A stretch of 63,848 nucleotides of DNA, counting the filler, from Octopus bimaculoides (lineage: Eukaryota): NCBI RefSeq assembly GCF_001194135.2. It is 6 parts of 6 records of this genome, joined end to end, with 100 filler letters (N's around TTAATTAATTAA, not from the genome) between each part and the next. Parts side by side here need not be neighbours in the genome. Positions count along the whole stretch, not along the records: positions 42,109 to 54,812 come from NW_026426598.1; positions 54,913 to 62,404 come from NC_068982.1; positions 62,505 to 63,848 come from NW_026410451.1; 3 more parts are not named here. The stretch is one strand, 5' to 3'. The notes under the pieces were generated by a model. The model had not been told where the DNA came from. It searched no databases and was given only the letters and a program-made list of their open reading frames with translations. Of the stretch, positions 51,700 through 62,544 are shown piece by piece (position 1 is the first letter of the stretch; each line of letters opens with the position of its first letter). Made by a program: the position numbers and the translations under genes.

Positions 51700-52316
51700 C
51701 GAACATTATCGATACGCTATACTTCATTATTTTTTAAAAACACAAGAGAGCAGCAGAAGCTTGAAGGACGGCATGTGTCGTGTATGGAAAGGACGTTTTT
51801 ATGGAAAGTGTGTGTGCCAGAAGAAGACTTTCAAGATTTTGATTGAGAAGTTTTTCCGTTCAGGATGCACCTTATTCTGGCCGACCAACTGAGATTAACA
51901 GTGACAAAGTGGAGTTGGTCGAGACCAACCCCTATTATACGACTACTATCATCGCAGATATTCTTCAACTATCGAAATCAAGTGTTGAAAATCATTTGCA
52001 TCAATTTACGTCAGCAGACTCGATAGTTGGATACCGCATCAGTTGAATGAAGAGAACATGATCCAACGAATGTCCATCTGCGAGCCGTTTTTTAAGAGAA
52101 TGGTGACAGGGGACGAAAAGGATATAATAATTTACCTGGAAGAGGTCTTCATCAGTAAAACAGGAAATTCTTTGAGTAGGGAATAATGAGTCTGTTGTCA
52201 AGATGGTTGCAGATACTGAAACTAAACGGTAATTATATCATTGATTGAATAAATCACTCTGTTTAAAATTTGTGCCTTATTTTCCTTTAAAGCGAACGGA
52301 CATTTGACCAACCCAA
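51700..52316 (+). mobile_element. Internally deleted mariner (DD34D) remnant with right TIR
   Basis: VYGKDV, SVQDAPYSGRPTEI, WIPHQL and KRMVTGDEK. It ends CATTTGACCAACCCAA/TA, the same TIR type as the element at 1172. Confidence 0.9.
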
Positions 52317-52598
52317 TAATCATGTATNNNNNNNNNNNNNNNNNNNNNNNNNNNNNNNNNNNNNNNNNNNNNNNNNNNNNNNNNNNNNNNNNNNNNNNNN
52401 NNNNNNNNNNNNNNNNNNNNNNNNNNNNNNNNNNNNNNNNNNNNNNNNNNNNNNNNNNTGTGTGTGTGTGTGTGTATGTATGTGATATTTTCTTCCCTCC
52501 TACCGTCGTTAACGTTTTTTTGGCTTTTTTCCTTCTAGTTCAAATAGTTAATCGTTATACATAAAAAAGTATATATATACAAATACAAGTAGCATATT

Positions 52599-52654
<56 letters not shown>

Positions 52655-52829
52655 GCACACAGTTAAGTGAGATTCGGATAAGAACCTTGTAAAATGCAGA
52701 CCAAATTTCGTCCACAGTTACTGGTTACCTGATGTCATCATACAGTAGAAATGCACATGCTATTGGATATATATCAAGAAATTTCATAGTATCCGTAGAG
52801 TTTATATAAATAGAAAAAAGTCAGGAATC

Positions 52830-53150
52830 TCATTACAGGCTGATGAGACCTGCTACTGATTCTATGTAAACCAATACTACTTGTTTCATGGTCGGAGAGT
52901 TGGCGACTAAACCGGCCCCTCTACTTGAGTAACTTGCTACTCTTGTGAGGATGGTGTCTGGGCAGCCAGCAGGATTAAAAACAAGACCTATCAAAGGGTG
53001 GATGAACTCTTTGTAGGCCAACGGTCATCCAATTAGGGAAGGCAAGAGCATCACACCTACAATGTCTCTGCCAAGAACCACTATGAGAAAGTCAGAACGA
53101 AGTAACGCTGTAGCTTCATCGAATGTGTGAACCTGCGCTTAATCTTTCAG
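52830..53150 (+). mobile_element. Probable RTE LINE 5' end
   Basis: VASSNV*T resembles the endonuclease start IASWNVRTL; the preceding sequence is UTR-like. Confidence 0.45.
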
Positions 53151-54002
53151 CGACCATATAAGTTTACTAAGATCTGTTGAAAATTTCCTAGAATTATTTC
53201 TAAACGAACTTTCATGATTAGCTATACTTTGTTTTATAAAGCATGAGCTAGCTCCTATATAGTAATATTTATTTGTATCTGTTGTTACCACACATCTATA
53301 GACGGTATTTTTTAAATTCTATATTTATTTTAAAATTTGCATTGTGTTCTTCTAGCGCAATCACATTTTCTATGTATTAAACTAGCTACGACTTCATCAT
53401 TAGATTTTATGTTTGCGTTTGTTTTATATTTTTACAGATTATTTTTGTTATTATTATTGTTTTCAAAATAGTTGCTGTTCTTTTTAGTCGCCATGTATAC
53501 CTGTCTTTTACTTATAGTGTCTATGGAATTATTTAATTGAGTAGTTTCCCTTTGATCTTTATTTATTTTCTTAATGGCGGGGAAAATTACTCCTTGAACA
53601 ATGTCATATTTATTCGCCCTGNNNNNNNNNNNNNNNNNNNNNNNNNNNNNNNNNNNNNNNNNNNNNNNNNNNNNNNNNNNNNNNNNNNNNNNNNNNNNNN
53701 NNNNNNNNNNNNNNNNNNNNNNNNNNNNNNNNNNNNNNNNNNNNNNNNNNNNNNNNNNNNNNNNNNNNNNNNNNNNNNNNNNNNNNNNNNNNNNNNNNNN
53801 NNNNNNNNNNNNNNNNNNNNNNNNNNNNNNNNNNNNNNNNNNNNNNNNNNNNNNNNNNNNNNNNNNNNNNNNNNNNNNNNNNNNNNNNNNNNNNNNNNNN
53901 NNNNNNNNNNNNNNNNNNNNNNNNNNNNNNNNNNNNNNNNNNNNNNNNNNNNNNNNNNNNNNNNNNNNNNNNNNNNNNNNNNNNNNNNNNNNGTTATTTT
54001 TT

Positions 54003-54044
<42 letters not shown>

Positions 54045-54048
<4 letters not shown>

Positions 54049-54810
54049 CAGCAGCAGATATTCAGGATTAAATATTTATATAGATAATAACACCAACATT
54101 AATATAGGTGGTTGCAGGCCTAAAATAGCATCATATAACCATAGAATCAAAATTATATTAATCATAAGGAGACACTTTTATGCCTACCTGCTAAACATGA
54201 GACCTAAGACTCACATTTAAACCACCAAAATAACACTGAAAATAATCTCAGAATGATCAGTACTCGGGCGGAACGTATCGAAAAGAATCCCTCACATACC
54301 TATATAGCATAAAGCTGTATATTTTGGGTATTAGTATACATGTGGACCGGTTTCTGGTTTGAGATAAAAATCTTATCTTCATCAGTACGTATTAACTAGT
54401 TGAAAAATTTTCCTAATCCGCCACGTTAAAATCTGTTGGTGACCTAAATCGTTTTGCGCCCAATCAGGATAGCCTCAGTGTGACAAAAGCTAATCAGCTG
54501 TAAATATTCAGGATAGAATATTTATATAGATATTAATATCATTATCGAAAGCAAAATAAATAGTTGATAATAACAGCAACATTAATATAGATAGTTGCAG
54601 GCCTAAGATAGCATTATTTAGCTATAGAATTAAAATTATATTAATCATAAGGACGCACTTTTACGTCTACCTGCTAAAAATGAGAGCTAAAACTCACATT
54701 TAAATCACCAAAATAACACTGAAACTAATCACAATCAACAGTACTCGGGCGAAACCGATCGAAAATTCCCTCACATACCTATATAGCATAAAGTTATATT
54801 TTTTGGGGGG
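54045..54810. repeat. Diverged tandem duplication (54045-54328 vs 54492-54810)
   Basis: Colinear shared blocks such as AAAATTATATTAATCATAAGGA, CAGTACTCGGGCG and TCCCTCACATACCTATATAGCATAAAG. Confidence 0.85.
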
Positions 54811-54912
54811 TANNNNNNNNNNNNNNNNNNNNNNNNNNNNNNNNNNNNNNNNNNNNTTAATTAATTAANNNNNNNNNNNNNNNNNNNNNNNNNNNNNNNN
54901 NNNNNNNNNNNN

Positions 54913-54966
<54 letters not shown>

Positions 54967-55543
54967 CGCCACCAAAACCACCACCACTACTAACAACAAC
55001 AACACCAACAACAACAACTCTACATAAAGATAAGACATTAATTTTTCTGTGAGAAAAAAGTAATTCTAAAATGACTAAGCCTAAACTGAGATAGATTTGC
55101 TAATTACCTTAATTAATTTTCAGTTAGTTTGGTAATTATATAATTAAGGTTGGTTCTGATGATATTGCTGATGATGAGGATAATGACGACGGCATGATGA
55201 TCGAAGTAATGGTAGTGATGAGTTGTGGTGGTGGTGGTGGTGGTGGTGGTGGTGGTGGCGGTGGTAGTAATTGTAGTTATGGTGGAGGTGATTGTGCTTG
55301 TTGTTGTAGTGGTGGTGCTGCTGCTGCTGATGATGATAATGAACATCATCATCATCATTATCATCATTGTGGTGCAAATGCTGGTGACGGTGACAATAAT
55401 GGTTCATTGACATTGCTGATAGTGCTGATCATGATAATGATGTTAGTGATGATTTGTTCCCCCAGTGTAGATGGTCTTCAATTATCATGTTTTTGTGCTG
55501 CCTGTTATTGTTGCTTTTGTTTATTTTAATTTTATTTATCCAG

Positions 55544-55595
55544 GAGCCCGCTACATCAGTCAGGCACAGTTGAATTGTCAGTACTTATAAGATTG
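55544..55595 (+). CDS. Host gene exon 4 (G+SPLHQSGTVELSVLIRL)
   Basis: Long T-rich tract ending TTTATCCAG; TTG/GTGGGT donor; phase 2 to 0. Confidence 0.6.
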
Positions 55596-55714
55596 GTGGG
55601 TTATAATAGAATATCTAGCCATAGTCATTAGTCTGGAGAAGAGTCAACTCTGCCGACCTGACTTTCTTTTTGAGTCACTAAATGAAGACATAGTATTTGG
55701 TAGTGTGAAGGCAC

Positions 55715-56225
55715 CTGGCTCACTGGTTAGAGCATTGGGCTTGCTCAAAGACAATATGTTTGCAGTAGATGTTTTAGCTCAGACATTGATATTTCATTTT
55801 ATTTTGGCTTCTATGATGAACCAAACATACAAGCTCTAACAGTCTCTAACATCCTTACCTTCAGCCATTGGCACATTGTCAAACTGTGTCCTCTCCCTCT
55901 TTATTCTATAGCTACTACAACATCTACAACATGAGGTAGTGAGTTTGATTCCCGGACTGCACTATGTGTTGTGCTCTTGAGCAAGACACTTTATTTCATG
56001 TTGCTCCAGTTCACTCAGCTGTAGAAATGAGTTGTGAAATTACTGGTGCCAAGCTGTATCAGCCTTTGCCTTTCCCTTGGTTAACATCAGCAGCGTGGAG
56101 AGGAGAGGCTGGTGTACATGGGCGACTGCTGGTCTTTCATAAACAACCTTGCCCAGACTTGTTCCTTGGAGGGGAACTTTCTAGGTGCAATCCCATGGTC
56201 ATTCATGACTGAAGGGAATCTTTAC
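55715..56225 (+). mobile_element. SINE family C copy, with an insertion after the head
   Basis: GGCACCTGGCTCACTGGTTAGAG head; GAGTTTGATTCCCGG...TGCTCTTGAGCAAGACACTTTATTTCATGTTGCTCCAG core. Confidence 0.65.
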
Positions 56226-56352
56226 TCTTACTCTATTTGGTAGGGATCTTACAGTGCAATATAGGTTGTTATTTATCTTGCTTATTTTAAGGGAGTAGTG
56301 ATATGCATAAGTGAATGATCAAACCTGTTGGCATTGATCTTGCTTATTTTAA

Positions 56353-56544
56353 CCCTTCAGCCTTTAAAATGGTTATATCCAGCCCCAAATTTTCTATCTG
56401 TTTTATGTTCAAACTGGCCAGATCTTGCCTCTCACACCTACCCTACATCACTGAAATCTCAAAGCCACAAGATAATCTATAATCAATTCAAATCAATGTG
56501 AATGATTATGTTACATTTGGCAGAATAATCTGAATGCTAAAGGG
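56353..56544. mobile_element. piggyBac-type MITE, uninterrupted
   Basis: TTAA/CCCTTCAGC ... GCTAAAGGG/TTAA. Confidence 0.75.
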
Positions 56545-57461
56545 TTAACCCCTTAACATTTAATTAGGCCATATCAAGTATGTGTGTGTGTGTGTGCCCA
56601 GCGACCCTCAAGGGACTAGGGGTTCAATTTTCATCTATGTATTACTATCAATAAATATCATAGGACACAGGGTAATGATTTGCATGGAGGTCTATAATGT
56701 TGCTAGACAGCCCTGCCACCTCCACTGATATTAGTACTCTAGCCCTGTGGTTTTTGTCTTTATTTTTGCTAAAACCCTCATTCACAGTCTATTCATTTGG
56801 TACTCATCATCATCATCATCAACATTTAACATCTGTTTTCTATGCTACCACAGGTTGGACAGCTTGATAGGGACTGGAAAGGCCAAGGGTCACACCAGGT
56901 TCCATAGTCTGTTTTGGGCTTGGTTTCTATGACTGGATGCCCTTCCTAATGCCAACCACTTCACAGAGGGTACTGAATGCTTTTTTACTTAGCTCCATCA
57001 CCAGTGCTTCTTATGTGGCACCAGGACCTATACGAGTGCATTTTGTGTGATGTCTTGGTTTTACTATCAGAAATAATATCTCTTCATCAAAGAGTACTTC
57101 CCAAAACTTTAGAATTCCCCGCTTCCTGACAACAAACTAATTTATTCCATTTTTTTAACTGTTTGTAAGTCTAGAATTGCCCCCCCACACACACACACGC
57201 ACATGGATATGCACACATACAGACACATGGACACGCACACACACACACATACACACACACACACTGTGACAGTTTTCCTTGGCTGTTAATGTTTATGTCA
57301 TTAGTAAATAATTCAGTTATAGTTGACAGTATCAAACCTCACAGCTGAGATGTTGTCATGTGGCTGAAATACTTGGGAATGTAATGTATTACAAACCTAT
57401 CTTACCCATGCCAGTATGGGTAAAACAGATACAATGACAATAATAGTGATGAAAATGAATA

Positions 57462-57940
57462 GGTGCAGGAGTGGCTGTGTGGTAAGTAGCTTGCTTACAA
57501 ACCACATGGTTCCGGGTTCAGTCCCACTGCGTGGCACCTTGGGCAAGTGTCTTCTACTATAGCCTCGGGCCAACCAAAGCCTTGTGAGTGGATTTGGTAG
57601 ATAGAAACTGAAAGAAGCCTGTTGTNNNNNNNNNNAGCCTTGTGAGTGGATTTGGTAGATAGAAACTGAAAGAAGCCTGTTGTATATATGTATATATATA
57701 TATATATATATATGTATATGTGTGTATATGTTTGTGTGTCTGTGTTTGTCCCCCCAACATCGCTTGACAACCGATGCTGGTGTGTTTGCGTCCCTGTAAC
57801 TTCGCAGTTCACCAAAAGCGACCAATAGAATAAGTACTAGGCTTCCAAAGAATAAGTCCTGGGGTCGATTTTCTCGACAAAAGGCGGTGCTCCAGCATGG
57901 CCACAGTCAAATGACTGAAACAAGTAAAAAAGAGTAAAAG
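57462..57940 (+). mobile_element. SINE family B, full length (contains an assembly overlap gap)
   Basis: GGTGCAGGAGTGGCTGTGTGGTAAG A-box, GGGTTCAGTCCCAC B-box, central (TA)n, tail GAAACAAGTAAAAAAGAGTAAAAGAG. Confidence 0.9.
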
Positions 57941-57987
57941 AGTATGCAAATAAAAATAGATGATAATGATAATGGTGGTGGTGGATG

Positions 57988-58019
<32 letters not shown>

Positions 58020-58059
58020 TTGACAATCATGTTGAAAGTGATGTGATCTTTAATTACAG

Positions 58060-58143
58060 GTGAAAGCTGTTGTTCTCAACCCAAAGCATGGTTTCAATGT
58101 TGATCGGAATCTCACTAAAGAGGACATAAACACATTAATCAAG
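58060..58143 (+). CDS. Host gene exon 5 (VKAVVLNPKHGFNVDRNLTKEDINTLIK)
   Basis: CTTTAATTACAG acceptor and consensus AAG/GTAAGT donor; 84 nt; phase 0 to 0; protein-like composition. Confidence 0.75.
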
Positions 58144-59599
58144 GTAAGTTATTTTTAAACTATAATTAACTAATAACTAGTTGGAGACATGTGATTGAGC
58201 TTGGATAGAGTAAGTAGGTAAGTAAGTAACAAAATATTTCAGAGGAACAGAGGCCATTGAAGTAGGGACAGAGATAGAGAGAGGAAGCAATGAGTTTATG
58301 AGCTTGAGGTTGTAGTATGTTGCTCAGTAAATTTTTACCAATCAGCTGGCATGCCTCTGTGTGTAGTAGTAGCATCAGCAGCAGTAACAGCAGCAGGAGT
58401 AGCAGCAGCTCCATCCCAGTTATGTGAGCAGTACTCAGTAATGAGATACCAACAGCCAAATTTCCAGCTGTTTTCCTATTTAATTGGCATCCTATCTGAT
58501 TGGCCCAATGCAAATCTTCTGTGCCGTGCCACTGTTACTTTTGTTATACATTGTCTAGTGAGATACAATTAAGGATTTCCTTTACAAGTAGTGAATCAAC
58601 GACAATGTTTAGTTTGATGCGGACCCATCCTTCTCCAAGCTATAATGATAGTAGGATCTGGACCCTGTTATTTACAAGCCAATGAAACACTTGTTGATTA
58701 TATGATTATAACAATTCTTCAAAATTATGGGTACTTCTCCATGGTACATATTTGTAGTGGAATTTAAGTGCTTTGTCAGGGACAAAACATTGTGTCTCTT
58801 GGCTGTTCAACAACTTATCAACTTAACCACCTGCACATATGCAACATATATATATATATATATATANNNNNNNNNNNNNNNNNNNNNNNNNNNNNNNNNN
58901 NNNNNNNNNNNNNNNNNNNNNNNNNNNNNNNNNNNNNNNNNNNNNNNNNNNNNNNNNNNNNNNNNNNNNNNNNNNNNNNNNNNNNNNNNNNNNNNNNNNN
59001 NNNNNNNNNNNNNNNNNNNNNNNNNNNNNNNNNNNNNNNNNNNNNNNNNNNNNNNNNNNNNNNNNNNNNNNNNNNNNNNNNNNNNNNNNNNNNNNNNNNN
59101 NNNNNNNNNNNNNNNNNNNNNNNNNNNNNNNNNNNNNNNNNNNNNNNNNNNNNNNNNNNNNNNNNNNNNNNNNNNNNNNNNNNNNNNNNNNNNNNNNNNN
59201 NNNNNNNNNNNNNNNNNNNNNNNNNNNNNNNNNNNNNNNNNNNNNNNNNNNNNNNNNNNNNNNNNNNNNNNNNNNNNNNNNNNNNNNNNNNNNNNNNNNN
59301 NNNNNNNNNNNNNNNNNNNNNNNNNNNNNNNNNNNNNNNNNNNNNNNNNNNNNNNNNNNNNNNNNNNNNNNNNNNNNNNNNNNNNNNNNNNNNNNNNNNN
59401 NNNNNNNNNNNNNNNNNNNNNNNNNNNNNNNNNNNNNNNNNNNNNNNNNNNNNNNNNNNNNNNNNNNNNNNNNNNNNNNNNNNNNNNNNNNNNNNNNNNN
59501 NNNNNNNNNNNNNNTATATATATAAAACCATAGAGGATTGTCAATTTGTACAATCTGAATTGAGTTGGTATCAGTCCCACCCACTCCTCAGCACTGGTG

Positions 59600-59830
59600 G
59601 AGGTGCATGGTTTAGTGGTTAGTGTGTTGGACTCATGATCGTAAAACAGGTTTTGACTCTTGAACTGGGCGATATATTGTGTTCTTGAGCAAAACACTTC
59701 ATTTTACATTGCTCCAGTCCACTCAGCTGACAAAAATGAGTAATCCTGTAACTGGATGGCATCCTGTCCAGGTGGGTAATATATATGCCATGGAAACTGG
59801 GAGACCGGCCCTTATGAGGCTATATGACTT
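59600..59830 (+). mobile_element. SINE family C copy
   Basis: GGTGCATGGTTTAGTGGTTAG...TGTGTTCTTGAGCAAAACACTT...CTCCAGTCCACTCAGCTG. Confidence 0.75.
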
Positions 59831-60439
59831 GGGAAGGAGCTTTACTTTATCCCTCAGCACTACCTTTGTGAAGTGGGGTTCAAGCACATGTGCACATAGT
59901 GCTGCTCATGTATGAGCATGCTCATAGGAGAACTATGAGCTTGTATCTATACACACAATTATCCATATGTATGTATGTTATCTATCTCTTTATATGTCTA
60001 TATATAGATGTCGCTATATAATATTACAACCTGTGAATTGTTTTATGAATGTGTAGTTATATAGGGACATGTAATGCATATACATAGCCTGTGGGCCCCA
60101 CATGCATGTTTCTACTTGTAATGCATTGTTCATGTACACACTTGTGTGTACACATGTATGTTTATGTATATATATCTATACTGTGATACCGGTGGTTATT
60201 TAGAAGTATATAGTATCATGGTGCATGCAGTTACTTCTGTATTGTCTTCCTTCATCAATCTTACCTGTTTCTTCCCCACTACTATAGCAGTTGCTCACTC
60301 ACCATGGCTTTACAGGACTGAAAGAAATGAAAATTGTTATTGTATTTCATGCACATGAACCTGCTTACACTAAGCCGAAAGGCCTGCTGCCCCCAGGCAA
60401 GCAGCTGTAAAGATCTTTCCAGATGCTGAAAACATCCCA

Positions 60440-60610
60440 TAACTTCTCTCCCAGCTTCCCAGGTCCACAAGCTCAAAACTGCCACAATCAACGTTGGCAC
60501 AATGAAAGGTAGGTCTGGTGAGATTGTTGAAATGCTTGAGCGAAGGCATGTAGCTGTGTGTTGTGGGCAGAGGTATGATGGAAGTTATGGAAGCTCAAGG
60601 ATCCTTCAAA
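60440..60610 (+). mobile_element. RTE LINE endonuclease N-terminus fragment
   Basis: LKTATINVGTMKGRSGEIVEMLERRHVAVCC. Confidence 0.8.
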
Positions 60611-61440
60611 TGAGCAGAGATTTAGAGATGTCCTTAATGAAACCTTTGATAAGAAGGAGGAAGAGATACTGACTAATGACATTATGGGACAATCTACTGA
60701 GGGTGGCNNNNNNNNNNNNNNNNNNNNNNNNNNNNNNNNNNNNNNNNNNNNNNNNNNNNNNNNNNNNNNNNNNNNNNNNNNNNNNNNNNNNNNNNNNNNN
60801 NNNNNNNNNNNNNNNNNNNNNNNNNNNNNNNNNNNNNNNNNNNNNNNNNNNNNNNNNNNNNNNNNNNNNNNNNNNNNNNNNNNNNNNNNNNNNNNNNNNN
60901 NNNNNNNNNNNNNNNNNNNNNNNNNNNNNNNNNNNNNNNNNNNNNNNNNNNNNNNNNNNNNNNNNNNNNNNNNNNNNNNNNNNNNNNNNNNNNNNNNNNN
61001 NNNNNNNNNNNNNNNNNNNNNNNNNNNNNNNNNNNNNNNNNNNNNNNNNNNNNNNNNNNNNNNNNNNNNNNNNNNNNNNNNNNNNNNNNNNNNNNNNNNN
61101 NNNNNNNNNNNNNNNNNNNNNNNNNNNNNNNNNNNNNNNNNNNNNNNNNNNNNNNNNNNNNNNNNNNNNNNNNNNNNNNNNNNNNNNNNNNNNNNNNNNN
61201 NNNNNNNNNNNNNNNNNNNNNNNNNNNNNNNNNNNNNNNNNNNNNNNNNNNNNNNNNNNNNNNNNNNNNNNNNNNNNNNNNNNNNNNNNNNNNNNNNNNN
61301 NNNNNNNNNNNNNNNNNNNNNNNNNNNNNNNNNNNNNNNNNNNNNNNNNNNNNNNNNNNNNNNNNNNNNNNNNNNNNNNNNNNNNNNNNNNNNNNNNNNN
61401 NNNNNNNNNNNNNNNNNNNNNNNNNNNNNNNNNNNNNNNN

Positions 61441-61613
61441 AAAGCACCCACTACACTCTCTGAGTGGTTGGCGTTAGGAAGGGCATCCAGCTGTAGAAAC
61501 TCTGCCAAATCAGACTGGAGCCTGGTGTTGCCATCCGGTTTCACCAGTCCTCAGTCAAATCGTCCAACCCATGCTAGCATGGAAAGCGGACGTTAAACGA
61601 TGATGATGATGAT
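61441..61613 (+). mobile_element. Young RTE LINE 3' end
   Basis: Matches 41723-41900 in reverse complement; (GAT)n tail; follows a 733-N gap. Confidence 0.85.
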
Positions 61614-62544
61614 ATATACTGAAGGAGAGAGAGATCAGTAATTATTTTTAATTTTAAGAGACAAACATATGAAATAGGAAATTTTTTAATTAAAGATACT
61701 ACACTAATGCAAATGCACAAACACACACGCACACACAAACACACACGCACACACAAACACATATGCACACACACACACACACATTCACATCCTCATCCAC
61801 ATACAGAAACAGATGTACACATTCGAGCAACTACTTCAGAAAGGAGATAGAGGAAAGGAGTTTCCCACTTTAGTGAATTTCAAAATTTATCCCATCTACA
61901 TAAAAAAAAAAGAAAAGAAAAGAAAAGAATTATTGTTTGTTCTCTCTTTTGTTCCAACCCACTATTTTCGCTTTACTTTTTTCTTTCTTTCTGCCTTCTT
62001 TATTTATCTACCAACTTCCTTTTAGTGCAAGTCATGTGAGAAAATTAGTTAGAGATTGTAGATTGATTTCCTTTGAACAAAAATAATTCATTTAGCTCTG
62101 TTACAATGTTGGCTTTGGTTCAGCTGGTGTATACTGTGATCTACCACCTTTTCGTGCAGGGTTTTCTAACTCTTGTATCACCTTCAGTACCCCTGCTCTA
62201 TTTGATCCTCGTTCCATGCTATGTCCTCTGCAGTGGTCTTCTTATGGCTATTGGTCACCTGTTTTATTTCCTAATATTTTAGTAAGTGTTTCAGTTTTCT
62301 AACCATTTCAGTTTAATTGTGGTATATAGATATGTTTGTGCTGAACTGTGTATGTGAGTATTTGCTATTTTTGTGATATATGTGTGTGTATTTATATATA
62401 TATANNNNNNNNNNNNNNNNNNNNNNNNNNNNNNNNNNNNNNNNNNNNTTAATTAATTAANNNNNNNNNNNNNNNNNNNNNNNNNNNNNNNNNNNNNNNN
62501 NNNNCAAAAATATCAACCCCTCTCTTTAACCTGCTTCCTCCATC

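Noticed and set aside
15485-61544. Recurrent peptide MKPDGNTRLQSDLAEFLQLDALPNANHSE in four ORFs
   Set aside because: Antisense reading of a repeated RTE 3' UTR, not a gene family.
17277-61596. Long ORFs of 150-350 aa in the track (17277, 17320, 25912, 44922, 53537, 58727-58839, 60488-60684)
   Set aside because: They are long only because they read through N runs.
19769-62460. TTAATTAATTAA islands inside N runs (19769, 23935, 42053, 54857, 62449)
   Set aside because: An identical 12-mer centred in ~100-bp gaps with stops in all six frames; a scaffolding linker, not biology.
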